Origin: a virus
Reading direction: 5' to 3' (one strand)
Virus record (IMG/VR): IMGVR_UViG_3300035698_005189
Location: 1 to 64,000 of that record
Length of the DNA: 64,000 nt
Position 1 is the first letter of the stretch; every line of letters starts with the position of its first letter. Below the pieces are notes generated by a model. That model saw only the letters and a program-made list of their open reading frames with translations, did not search any database and had not been told where the DNA came from. Below are positions 9,224 to 19,000 of the stretch, in pieces. A program made the position numbers and the translations under genes.

Positions 9224-10699
9224 CTACGCCTCGGCACCCGTGGGCAGCTTGCCGACGTTGACGAAGATGCCGTTCTGCAGAGGCTTCATGATCTGGAGAG
9301 CGCCGTACAAGATTTGCATCCAGCGCACGGACGAATCCACGATCGCCAAGGGAATCTTGGTGAAGGGTGCGAGCTGCTTCCACTTCAGGACGTCGGCCTG
9401 CTGCGAGAGCATGTAGGCACGACCCGTGTCGGGCAGGAATCGGTTGACGTCGACCAGGGTCTGGACGGCTGCGGTGCGCGGGATGCGAAGGATCAGGCGG
9501 CAGGAGGCGGCGGTCCCGTTGATGTCGGACCGGTAGACCTCGTAGTAGGAGGTGTTCGGGCCGTTGTCGGTCACAGCAAGGCTGACCTGATCGGCGGCGG
9601 ACACCACGACGGCTGCGGAGAGCGCTGGGGCGCTCTTTCCGTAGCGGCTGCCGGCGACGACCTTGTAGATGTAGGTACCGGCGTCGGCAGCGGTCCAGAA
9701 GGTCGTGTTGGCTCCCGCGTAGGCCGGGCTGGTCGGCGCGGCGATGGTGGGGGTCAAGGGGCGGGCGGTCGCACGACCGATACCGGCTGCGACCGGGATG
9801 GTCGAGCGCGGGATCATGATCGAGGAGTTGAAGTCGATCTCACCGAAGGGGGTCACGATGGCATTGATGGCGACGCCAGCCTTGCCCTTGGCCCCGATGG
9901 TGGTGCGCTCCTTGGGGTACAGGATCTTGGAGAGGTCCTTGGCGATGCCGGTATCCATCCAGAGATCCGAGGGGGCACCGTAGTTCGGCTCGGCGATGAG
10001 CCGCTCCGTCATGTCGGTGATGTAGTCTTCGGACATAGGCTGGCCGCGCATGTCGATGACGTTGACCTCGTCTTCCCAGCCGGAGAGCTGGCCGTCGTCG
10101 AGGGCGGTGTTGCCCCAGGCGCTGGTCAGGAGCTTCTCGAGGCCATCGAACTGGATGGACACGAGCGACTCGTCGCCGGTGAACAGGGCGCGTTCGAGCT
10201 GGCGCAGGATGTGGAGGGTACCGTTGACCGTCTCACGAGCGACCGCGTTGCCGTGGGCGGCCTTGATTACCGACATGACATGCGTCACGCGGCGGGTCGT
10301 GCCCAGGAACTTGATCTTGGTGTAGTTGCGGCTGTAGGTCGAGTCGTCCTCTTCCGCCAGGTCGCCTTCACCCATGAAGACCGCGTCGGTGGAGCCGTAG
10401 GCCTCGAGGCGGTTGTACTCCTCGACGGTGTTGTAGGCTGCGTCCTTGGCCAACGCCTTCCAGAACTTGATATCCTTCGCTGCGAAAGTGGTCGTGAAAA
10501 GTGTCGCGTCCAAGGACTCGACGCGAAGTGGGAAACCCTCACCGGCGGCGGTACCTGGGTTGTTGATGTCGTCACCGGCGGTCAGAGCCTTGTTCAGCTC
10601 AGCGACGTCGCCGGGAGAGGTCACGCATGCGACGTCACCGGGCTCGGTGCTGGCACCGAGGTAGTCACGCCAGGAGACGGAATCGAGATTGGGAAGCAT
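9224..10699 (-). CDS. Major capsid protein (Herelleviridae/Twort-like)
   Basis: 'ELNKALTAG...PLRVESLDATL...AYNTVEEY...FDGLEKL', inserted beta domain 'GTYIYKVVAGSRYGKSAP' and C-terminal 'QLAPFTKIPLA...LYGAL'; follows protease and scaffold. Confidence 0.92.
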   Translation of the reverse strand: MLPNLDSVSWRDYLGASTEPGDVACVTSPGDVAELNKALTAGDDINNPGTAAGEGFPLRVESLDATLFTTTFAAKDIKFWKALAKDAAYNTVEEYNRLEAYGSTDAVFMGEGDLAEEDDSTYSRNYTKIKFLGTTRRVTHVMSVIKAAHGNAVARETVNGTLHILRQLERALFTGDESLVSIQFDGLEKLLTSAWGNTALDDGQLSGWEDEVNVIDMRGQPMSEDYITDMTERLIAEPNYGAPSDLWMDTGIAKDLSKILYPKERTTIGAKGKAGVAINAIVTPFGEIDFNSSIMIPRSTIPVAAGIGRATARPLTPTIAAPTSPAYAGANTTFWTAADAGTYIYKVVAGSRYGKSAPALSAAVVVSAADQVSLAVTDNGPNTSYYEVYRSDINGTAASCRLILRIPRTAAVQTLVDVNRFLPDTGRAYMLSQQADVLKWKQLAPFTKIPLAIVDSSVRWMQILYGALQIMKPLQNGIFVNVGKLPTGAEA

Positions 10700-10756
10700 G
10701 GCTGGGCTCCAGCGTCAGAGGGCGATAGTCGCGGTGTTGACGGGTGAGGGGGAGTG

Positions 10757-11647
10757 CTAAAAGGCTTTGCCGAGGTGGACGCGGACAGCGGCCTCGACGT
10801 TGGGGGGCAGCTTGCCCGAGGTCTCGAAGAGGGCGGTCGCAGTCCCAAGGGTCTGGATCGCGCCCAGGTCACCGGCGGCGTCGGCCTTGATGACGAGGGT
10901 CTCGAGGGCACCCTTGACTTCGCTCTTGGTGAACTGCTGGTCTTCGGTTCCGCCGGTGGCCCCACGGGCGGGCTGTCGGACGGAGCGGGGGTCGGCGGTC
11001 TTGCCTCGGGGCGCGGCGGGGGTGGCTTCGACGACGCCGAGGCGCTGGGCCAGGGACTTGAGCAGCCGCCCCTGGATGACGGCGTTCTCGGCGACGGCGC
11101 GAGCCACGCGGCCCTGGGCCTTGACCAGCTCGAGGGTCCGGTGGTCGCCTTCGAGAACGCTCGTACCGAGGGCGTCGATTCGGCTGCCGATGCTGTCGGC
11201 CATCGCCTTGAGGACGTCGGAAGCGTCGAACATGTTGCCGACGTCCTCGTCATCGACGAGGGTCTCGGTGAGCGACTTGTTGAGGGCCTCACCACCGCCG
11301 GCGGGGGTACCCGTCCAGATGGCAGCCAGCTCGGTCTTCTCGGCCTTGGAGATGGTGCCGTCGACATGCTTGGCCGTCAGCTCTTCTTCGCGCTGGCCGG
11401 CGGGGTCCAGGCCCTGCTCAACGGCGGCGTAGTCGGCGAGGGCCTTCTGCAGGTCGTCACCACTGAGGCCCTTGCCGGTATCCTCGTCCTCTTCCTCGGC
11501 TTCGGGGAGGGCGTCGTAGTCTTCGGCAGTGACGGTGTCGTCGGCGCCTGCGGACTTGGCCATCTTGGTGTACTCGGAGAAGGGGAGCCCGGCGGGACGC
11601 TTGCCGCCCTTGACGATGCCGTAGGCCTTTTTGTAGGTCATGTTCAT
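10757..11647 (-). CDS. Putative capsid scaffold protein
   Basis: Acidic and helical, between protease and MCP, with many hydrophobic-x-K-[AS] sites (LQKA, LNKS, LLKS, FTKS, VIKA). Confidence 0.7.
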   Translation of the reverse strand: MNMTYKKAYGIVKGGKRPAGLPFSEYTKMAKSAGADDTVTAEDYDALPEAEEEDEDTGKGLSGDDLQKALADYAAVEQGLDPAGQREEELTAKHVDGTISKAEKTELAAIWTGTPAGGGEALNKSLTETLVDDEDVGNMFDASDVLKAMADSIGSRIDALGTSVLEGDHRTLELVKAQGRVARAVAENAVIQGRLLKSLAQRLGVVEATPAAPRGKTADPRSVRQPARGATGGTEDQQFTKSEVKGALETLVIKADAAGDLGAIQTLGTATALFETSGKLPPNVEAAVRVHLGKAF

Positions 11648-12438
11648 TAGTCGCTCCGTTCGGCGGTGTCGAGGATTGTTTCGATCGTACGGTATGAAAG
11701 GTCGGGACGCCAGCGCTTGAGCGCTACGCGGGATTCCGCCTTGGTAAGCCGTACCGGCTCGGTCGTGATCTCACTGATGGAGGCTGCGACCGCGTCGGCC
11801 CACTCTTCGGCGTAGGCGAGTTCGGTGATATCGTCCAGAACCCGGAGGGCCCCGCCGTCCCCAGCGGACCCACCGGCTCGAGAGTCGAACGACTCTGAGG
11901 ACGGGTAGCCGGCGGACAGTGCCTTGGCGAGCACCGAGAGGTGAGTCTCTCCGTTGACGGGAACATGGGTGATGGCGACGTTGCGGACACGGGCGGATGC
12001 AATCTTGCTCGTGTCGCTTGGGTCGCGGCGGCCGACCTTCCCCTCGATGGAGAAGCCGAGTCGCCTGGGAGTGCCCTTCAGTGCCTTGGCCTTATCCCAG
12101 AGGGCCCGTCCAGGTACGTCGTCGAGTAGGTAGCCTTCGGTCCACCAGCCCCGGTGCTCCGCTACGGTCCCGTCGGGGAGGCTGGCTCCCTTTTCCACGA
12201 GCCTGGCAGCGATCGGGTAGCCGAGGATGTCTACGGTCTTGTTGCCGTGGTTGTCGTTGTACCAGCCGATGTCGAGGAACTCGGAGAAGTCCAGGCCGTC
12301 CTGTACGACGGTCTCATCCTGTTTGTCGAGTCCCTCCGTAGAGACAATCCCACCGATACGCAGGGGATTCGCGTCGCCGGCCTTCTCGAAGGCGACAAGC
12401 GATGCGAATACCTGGAATCCGTTGGAGTCGGTTGGCAA
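11647..12438 (-). CDS. Prohead (capsid maturation) protease
   Basis: 'STEGLDKQDETV', 'NDNH', 'LGFSIEG', 'NVAITHVPVN' are herpes/HK97-type prohead protease motifs as in Twort-like phages. Confidence 0.9.
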   Translation of the reverse strand: MPTDSNGFQVFASLVAFEKAGDANPLRIGGIVSTEGLDKQDETVVQDGLDFSEFLDIGWYNDNHGNKTVDILGYPIAARLVEKGASLPDGTVAEHRGWWTEGYLLDDVPGRALWDKAKALKGTPRRLGFSIEGKVGRRDPSDTSKIASARVRNVAITHVPVNGETHLSVLAKALSAGYPSSESFDSRAGGSAGDGGALRVLDDITELAYAEEWADAVAASISEITTEPVRLTKAESRVALKRWRPDLSYRTIETILDTAERSD

Positions 12439-12491
12439 CAGGCTCTCGGCCGGTGCCCCTTGCCAGTTAGGCGGGCCTGTCGGTCGCTCCA

Positions 12492-12520
12492 GTTATACGT
12501 CGCCTCATCCCAGGCGTCCA
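12492..12520 (-). promoter_or_regulatory. Sigma70-type promoter for the protease-scaffold-MCP operon
   Basis: Minus strand TGGACG-N17-TATAAC, directly upstream of the protease gene. Confidence 0.6.
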
Positions 12521-12738
12521 GCCCTTGCCACGAGGCCTGGGCTGGCGTCCTGAATATCAGCCATATCGTCCGCCATGGTTCCGCCCGTCACCACGACGAC
12601 GTCGGCCCCGCAGCGCTGGCAGGGGCCGTGTACTCGCCCTGTCTCCGGGTCGACCAGGACGATCCCGATACGGACCTTGAGGCCACCCTCAGACGAGGCA
12701 CCGCCGATGGAGCGGTGACACCCAGGACAGCGAATCAT
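12505..12738 (-). CDS. Small zinc-ribbon protein (77 aa)
   Basis: MIRCPGCHR...GPCQRCG; the ATG at 12738 overlaps the upstream stop. Confidence 0.65.
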   Translation of the reverse strand: MIRCPGCHRSIGGASSEGGLKVRIGIVLVDPETGRVHGPCQRCGADVVVVTGGTMADDMADIQDASPGLVARAGRLG

Positions 12739-13040
12739 TAGACGACCCGCAGATCCAGGTGGAGGGCAATGGACGCCACGCGGGGCGACATGGGAGCCCC
12801 GACCTCCGCAGCAGCCCGGGCGGCACCGACGAGGATGACCCGAAGCGCGGCTGCGCCGTTGTGCTTCATGATCTTCGTACAGGTGTCCTGGGCCTCGAGG
12901 ATCACGCACAGCCGAGCGATGTGGTCCGGATGAGGCTTCGACTCGGCCAGCCGGCGGAACGGCTCCGGGTCGACGAAGGCGTCGGGCCAGGTGGTCAGCA
13001 CCGAGTCGAGGTCGAATCCTACCGGGATGGTGGGGGCCAT
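12738..13040 (-). CDS. Hypothetical protein
   Basis: Tiles between neighbours, with RBS. Confidence 0.6.
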   Translation of the reverse strand: MAPTIPVGFDLDSVLTTWPDAFVDPEPFRRLAESKPHPDHIARLCVILEAQDTCTKIMKHNGAAALRVILVGAARAAAEVGAPMSPRVASIALHLDLRVV

Positions 13041-13042
13041 GC

Positions 13043-16000
13043 CTACCTCGGGGTCTGTGGGGTCTGTGGGGCGCTGAGACGTAACCCGGGGATGGCCTTG
13101 GCGAGGTCCAGCCTGGATGCCGAGGACACGTCCTCTGCATGTACGGTGTCGTAGTGGAGCGGGTCCCTGATGGCGACGCCGGCTTGGACGTCCCGCATCA
13201 CAGTCTCATTGACGACCTGGCGGGCGCGGCTGGTGGCGCGGACCGATACCTCGGTCAGCACTGGGTACTGGCGCTCGTAGCCGGCGTGGACCGTCTGATC
13301 CTTGGTGCCCTTCTGCTTGTCGCCCTTGATGGTGACCGTCTTCGGCATGACACACGACACACCGAATCGCGTCACGTTGACGAGATACTTCTTGGTCTTG
13401 AGGATGGCGCGGTCGGTTGGGCTGAGTTCGTCGATGACGGCTCGGGCGATATCCTGGTCAGTCACAACCACTCCGCCGGGGGCGGCCCGCATGGAGGCAC
13501 CGACGCGCACCCGGCGCTTGTCGATATAGCTCATGATCTCGTCGGCCCTGATAGCCAGGTAGATCGCAGTCGGATCAAGGGAGGACGTACCCTCGAGGAC
13601 GTACTCGGCCCCGGCGAAGGCGGCCCGGTCCTCTGGGCTCAGCTTGTCGATCGCTGCGGTGACGGCAGCCACGGCGCTGTCGGTGAGAGCCACCGGGTCG
13701 TCGTAGGTCCCGACAGCCGGGTCGGTGGCCGTCACGCCGCCGATGGGGAAGTCGATGACGTTACCCGACCCACCTGGGATCGGCGTGGTCTTCAGGTCCT
13801 CCAGGACGGCGGCTGCGTGCTCCGTCCCAAGGGTGGCGGCGACGTTCGCCTTGTTCGACAGGGCGGCCCACTCCTTGACCTGGGTGTCTGTGGGGTCGTT
13901 CGTGTCGCTGTGAACCATCATCGCGGCCGACTGGCTGGCGATGACCCGGCACGCGGCCTCGATGCTCTGCGTCGGCAGCTGCTTGCTGGCGTATTCGCCG
14001 AAGCTGAGGGTGAGGCCCTTCACCTCGCCCTGAGGGGCTCCACGCGGGGCAGGGCGGAAGGCATCGGGTTCCATCTCCTTGAGCTTGGTCACCGGGCCTG
14101 GGGTCGTGACGATATCCTCGACGTTGACCCACTTGTAGCCGGTGGCTCCGTCGGCCTCCTTGTACGACACTGGGACCACGGAGAACTTGGGGGACTCGCC
14201 AGGGGCGGCCTCGGTATCGAAGCGAGCCTCGGGTCGCTCCGGGTCGGGAGCGAGGTCGCGGTTCATGAACGCGACTCCGGTCGCACCGGCTGGGACACCC
14301 AGGGCTGAGACGATCCGGTCATCCTTGAGGGACTGACGGACTGCCGGCGGGAGCATACGAGCGCAGCGCGTGATCCGCTGCATCTCGGAGGCGGGGGAGC
14401 CGAGCGAGTCATACATGGCCAGCTCGGTGGCGTTGCCGAAGTTGAGGCCGACCTGGGCGGCGTCGGAGCACACAATGGCTTCGCAGTTGTTGAAGACGTC
14501 GCGCTTCTTCGGTGTCAGGGCCTCCGTGGTGGTGGCCTCCTTCTTGACGATCCCGGCGTACTCTTCCTTGAGGACCGCGTAGGCTTCCTTGCCGGCGGCG
14601 AAGGCGGCCTTGGCTTCCTTCTGCTCTTCGGGGGTCTTCTTATTGAGGTCGATCAGAAGGTCGTTCGGGTCACCAGCCAGGGCCATCTCGCGGAGGATAG
14701 CCGCCGATCGCTTGGTCCCGTAGAAGTACTTTTGAACCGCGTTGGGCCCGGACCCGTCGACCCAGAAGGCCTCCGGGGCATCGATCTTGAACTGCTGCCT
14801 GATCTTCTTTCGCGTGTCGTCGGTGAACTGGCTCATCTTGATGCCGGTTTCGTCTACCTCACCGGAGTAAGCGACCCACTTTCGGCCCCGCCCGAGCTTG
14901 TCCACGAAGACAGAGGTCTCCATGTCGCGCCCGAGCCTGTCCTTTACCTTCTTGAAGATCTCGGCGTTCAAGTCGCGGTTGCCTGTGTAGGTGGACCCGA
15001 TGTAGGTCACGAAGTAGCGACCGTTAGGGGAGGGTCCGGAGTCGGCTGGGTCGTAGTGCGGGCTACCCTCGATGGACTCGTTGACGTCCCTGAAGCCCAT
15101 CGTCCTCATGGTGGCCTCCATGGTACGACACCCGTCGAGGATGCCCCCAGCCATCATCACGAGTTGGCGGCGGCCCTCGGGCCCGTCGATGCCGCCTGGC
15201 CCATGGAACTGACCGACCCAGCCGGCCAGCTGCTCGGCCTTGGCGTTGCCGACCACCATCGCTACGTCGGCCTTGGCGCGCTCGTCACGGTGGCCGGGGT
15301 CGAAGATGCACGAGACGCGGGCCGCGACCTTCTTCTGAGCCACCCAGGTCGCTGCTCCGTCATCCTGGTTGACGACCACGCACTCCCCGACATGCTGCCC
15401 GGCCTCATGGGCCTCGGCGGTGGCTTCGGCGTCGTACTTGAACAGCGGGGGCTCCCACTCCTTCTTTTCAGTCGCTGACAGGCCACGGTCAGGCCTGACC
15501 CCGGCGTTGCCCTTGACGTCCACGATATCGCCTGGCTTGACCTTGTCGAAGCCACCGGCGCTCCTGGGCTTGCCGGTGTCCGGGTCGATGTCCTCGGGAC
15601 GGTAGAGAAGGTGGAGCGAGCCACGGGTATCGGACACCCAGCCCTCGCCCTCCATCACTGTGACGCCGCCGTAGGTTACGAAGTCGTGGTGGATGGTCTG
15701 GTCGGGTCGGATGCTCATGAGGCGCGACACCTCAGCTGGGTCGGACCCATCCTCGGTGGCGATCTGCTTGATGGTCTCGGGCATCCCCATGACGACCACG
15801 CGCTCAGACGGCTGGCCTTCGTCGTCGACCACGACGGCTACGCCCTTCTTGCCGATAAGCTCCCGGGCGCGGCGCTGGATCTCGATCGCCTTGTCGATGT
15901 CTGGGTCTGGCGGGGCGGGGGTGTCGGACCCGCGACAGCGGATACCGAGGGGACCCGCCTCCGGGTTCTGCACCTTGCGGGGCCAGCCATCGGCTCGCAT

Positions 16001-19000
16001 GGCCTTCAGTTGGGCCTTCGTGATCTTGGTACCAGCCACAGCACCGTAGTCGGCTCCGATGATATCGCGGAGGTGGAGCGTGTAGACGTCGGCCTCACCG
16101 GGACCACCCTCGAGGTCGGTGACCTCAGGCCAGCGACCAGCCCACTTGCCCCTGATCTTCTTGTCTGTGAACCAGTCAGGAGACCGAGTGTAGAAGTCGC
16201 CCTTGATGGCGTTGTCACCGGCGGACCGGCTGATCTGTACAAACTTCGAGTCGGACTGCGGCTTGTAGGCCGGGCAGTTGGAGATGGCCTTGGCTGCCAG
16301 GACGTTGCGCTTCGCGTCTCCGCTGAGGCCACGGAGTTCGTCTGCGCCGACCCAGCCACCCTCTGTGATCTTGTCCTTGTCGGCGTCGGTGAGCTTGGCC
16401 AGGTAGGCTGCGTACAGGATCGCCTGCGTGCCGGTCATATGGGCAAAGTGGGTCTCGTCCATGCGGGTAGCTGGGAGGGCCTTGCCCTTGACATCCTTCG
16501 TAGTGACGATGTGAGTCCAGCGACCGATGGTAGCGGCCACTTCCTCCCGCTTCTCGGGCTTCACGGAGATCTTCGGCCCAGCCGTTGCGGCCCCGGTGAG
16601 TCCGGGTACGACCGACTCTTCGAGGTACTCCTCGACGAAAGAATTGCGACTCATGCCGCCCCACTGCTCACCACGCGACAGGATCTTGACGTACTCGAGG
16701 AAGTCGGCGGGGCTGGTGGTCATCGGCGTGCCCGTCATGAGCACGACCATCTTCATCTTGTCGTTCCACCGGCGGAGGGCCTTGTTGCGGAGCGACGTGG
16801 AGGACTTGAGCCCGAGATGGGCTTCGTCTCCGACGAGGCCGTCGAAGCCAGCCGCGATGAGCTTATCTTCGTTGAGGGCCCAGTACTCGGGCCCGACTAC
16901 GACTGTGTCCTTACCGTAGGTCCCATTCTCGACACCCTTGAGGAAGGCGTCGGCTGGGATGTCGTTGGAGCCGGCCCCGACGACATGGCAGCCTACCGTG
17001 GTGAACGTATCGGAGGCTTCCCGCCACTGGTCCACGGTGTTGAGGGGAGCGACGATGATCACCTTCTTAGGTGCGTCGGGGTGGCGCTGGGTCGGATCGG
17101 CTGGGTCAAGGAGCGCCATCATCGTGCGAGCGCAAGTCAGGGCTGTTACGGTCTTGCCGGTCCCCATGAAGTGACCCAGTAGTCCTCGTCCCGCGTTGTC
17201 GAGGACGAGCTGGGTGCCGGCGGCCTGGTGGTCGGCCAGGGTGAAGGGCACCCCGTTCGGGAGGACGGCTCGCAGGCCTGTGGGGGCGAGGACGCCCGGG
17301 ATGCCGGCGGCCAGGACCTTGGGGTCGATATCGCGTAGCTCGAGGATGTGCTCCTTCTTAACGGCGCGGGCAGCGATCTCGTTCAGGTGGTCGGCCCTGT
17401 CGCGTAGGATGGCTTCGGCCTCTGAGGTAAGCGACAGACCGCCAACGGTCTCGCGGAGATTGGCGAACCCGGCGATAGACACGACCAGCGCGCTACCTGG
17501 CCCCTTGTGCTTATCAATCCGGTTGATGCCTGGCAGCTCCATAAGGTCGCCGTCATTCACACGACCCGACGCAGGGGTCAAGATCCGGAGTTCAGATGCG
17601 ACCACAGCGCCAGTCCGCTTGTCGACTTCGTCATGGCGGTAGATAAGTAGGCCGTCGGCCAGCCGCTCGGGGGTGGTCCCGGGAGCCACGGGGCGGACGG
17701 TCCGCCTGATCTCGTCCTGAGAGAACCGGACAAGACGACGCCCGGCGGCTCCGCCGCCTCCGACGCCGATGAAGATGTGTCGGTCAGGCCAGTCCTCAGC
17801 TGTCCAGTCCTCGACGTTCTCATCGTGGTTCTTGGTAGCAGGGTCGAGGATCGCAGTCTTCCAGTCGCGGTGAGCGGCGTCTTCTGGGTACCACCCAGGC
17901 AGTAGGCCGCCTCGCATGAGCTTCACTTCGGCCTTGGTGGGCTTGAAGGGTACAGGCGGCTCACGGTCGCTGCGCTGGAGTTCCTGGGGGTCGCCCTCGG
18001 CTGACGGTGGCATCCGGTCCCAGCCCGGGGGCGACGGCTTCTCGCCAGCCGGCTTGCCGGGCTCGATCCCGGTGTACTTGGCGATAACGTCCTTACCGCT
18101 CTTCCGGTCGAGTTCGGCTGGGGAGGCCTCGACGACGACGTTGTCGTATTTCTCGGGTACCCACTTCTCGCTGCGGACAGCAGGCTTCTTGATCCTGATC
18201 TTTTCGCCAACCACTGGCGCACGCGATACCTCGGTTCCGCCGAGCTTGACGACCGTCTCCCGGATGGTGTCATCGGGGACGGGGGTCGAGATGATGATAC
18301 CACCTTCGCCGTCGAGGATGGGGTCAGCGTCGTAGCCCTTGGCTATCAGGGCGGCGGCGAGTGCCGTGAGCCCGGCCCGGGTCTTGTCGTTCTTCTTGGG
18401 CTCCTTGGGGGTGCGATTCTTCGCCTTCTTGCCCGGCTTCTTGGGTACGACCAGCCGCAGGTTGGCGGGCTCGATCTTTACTCCGGTACCGCTGTAGGTG
18501 ACGTGGACGAGGGATTGGTCTTTCTTGATTCCCAGCTCATGGCCCATCGCCTCGAGGTCGGCCTTGATGCGATACGCCAGATCCTTCGACGCGGTCCGGT
18601 GCTCACCGGGGGTCGCTGGGACATGCTCGACGTCGGTGTGGCGGTAGCCGCCCACAATCCGGCCCTGACCCAGGAGGTCGTCGAGACGAGGCTCCTTCTT
18701 GCCGGTACGACGCTCCCACTCGGTACCGAGCAGTCGGGGCTGACCCCGCCCGTCAAACTCGACCTGGACGTGGAAAAGGTGACCGGTGTCGCCGCCGGTA
18801 GTATCGGTTGCGACCGAGATCCAGGCACGACGACGCTCCGAGGCGGCCTTTTTGCATAGATCCTGCAGGTGCTCGGGCGAGCGGACGTCTTCGAAGCCGC
18901 CGGGGGTCAGTAGCTCTCGCCACATCGGGGACTCGATGAAGAAGCGACCGTGACGACCGTCCTCCCCGGACGTATCGGCCAGGACGTCTATCGCAGTCTT

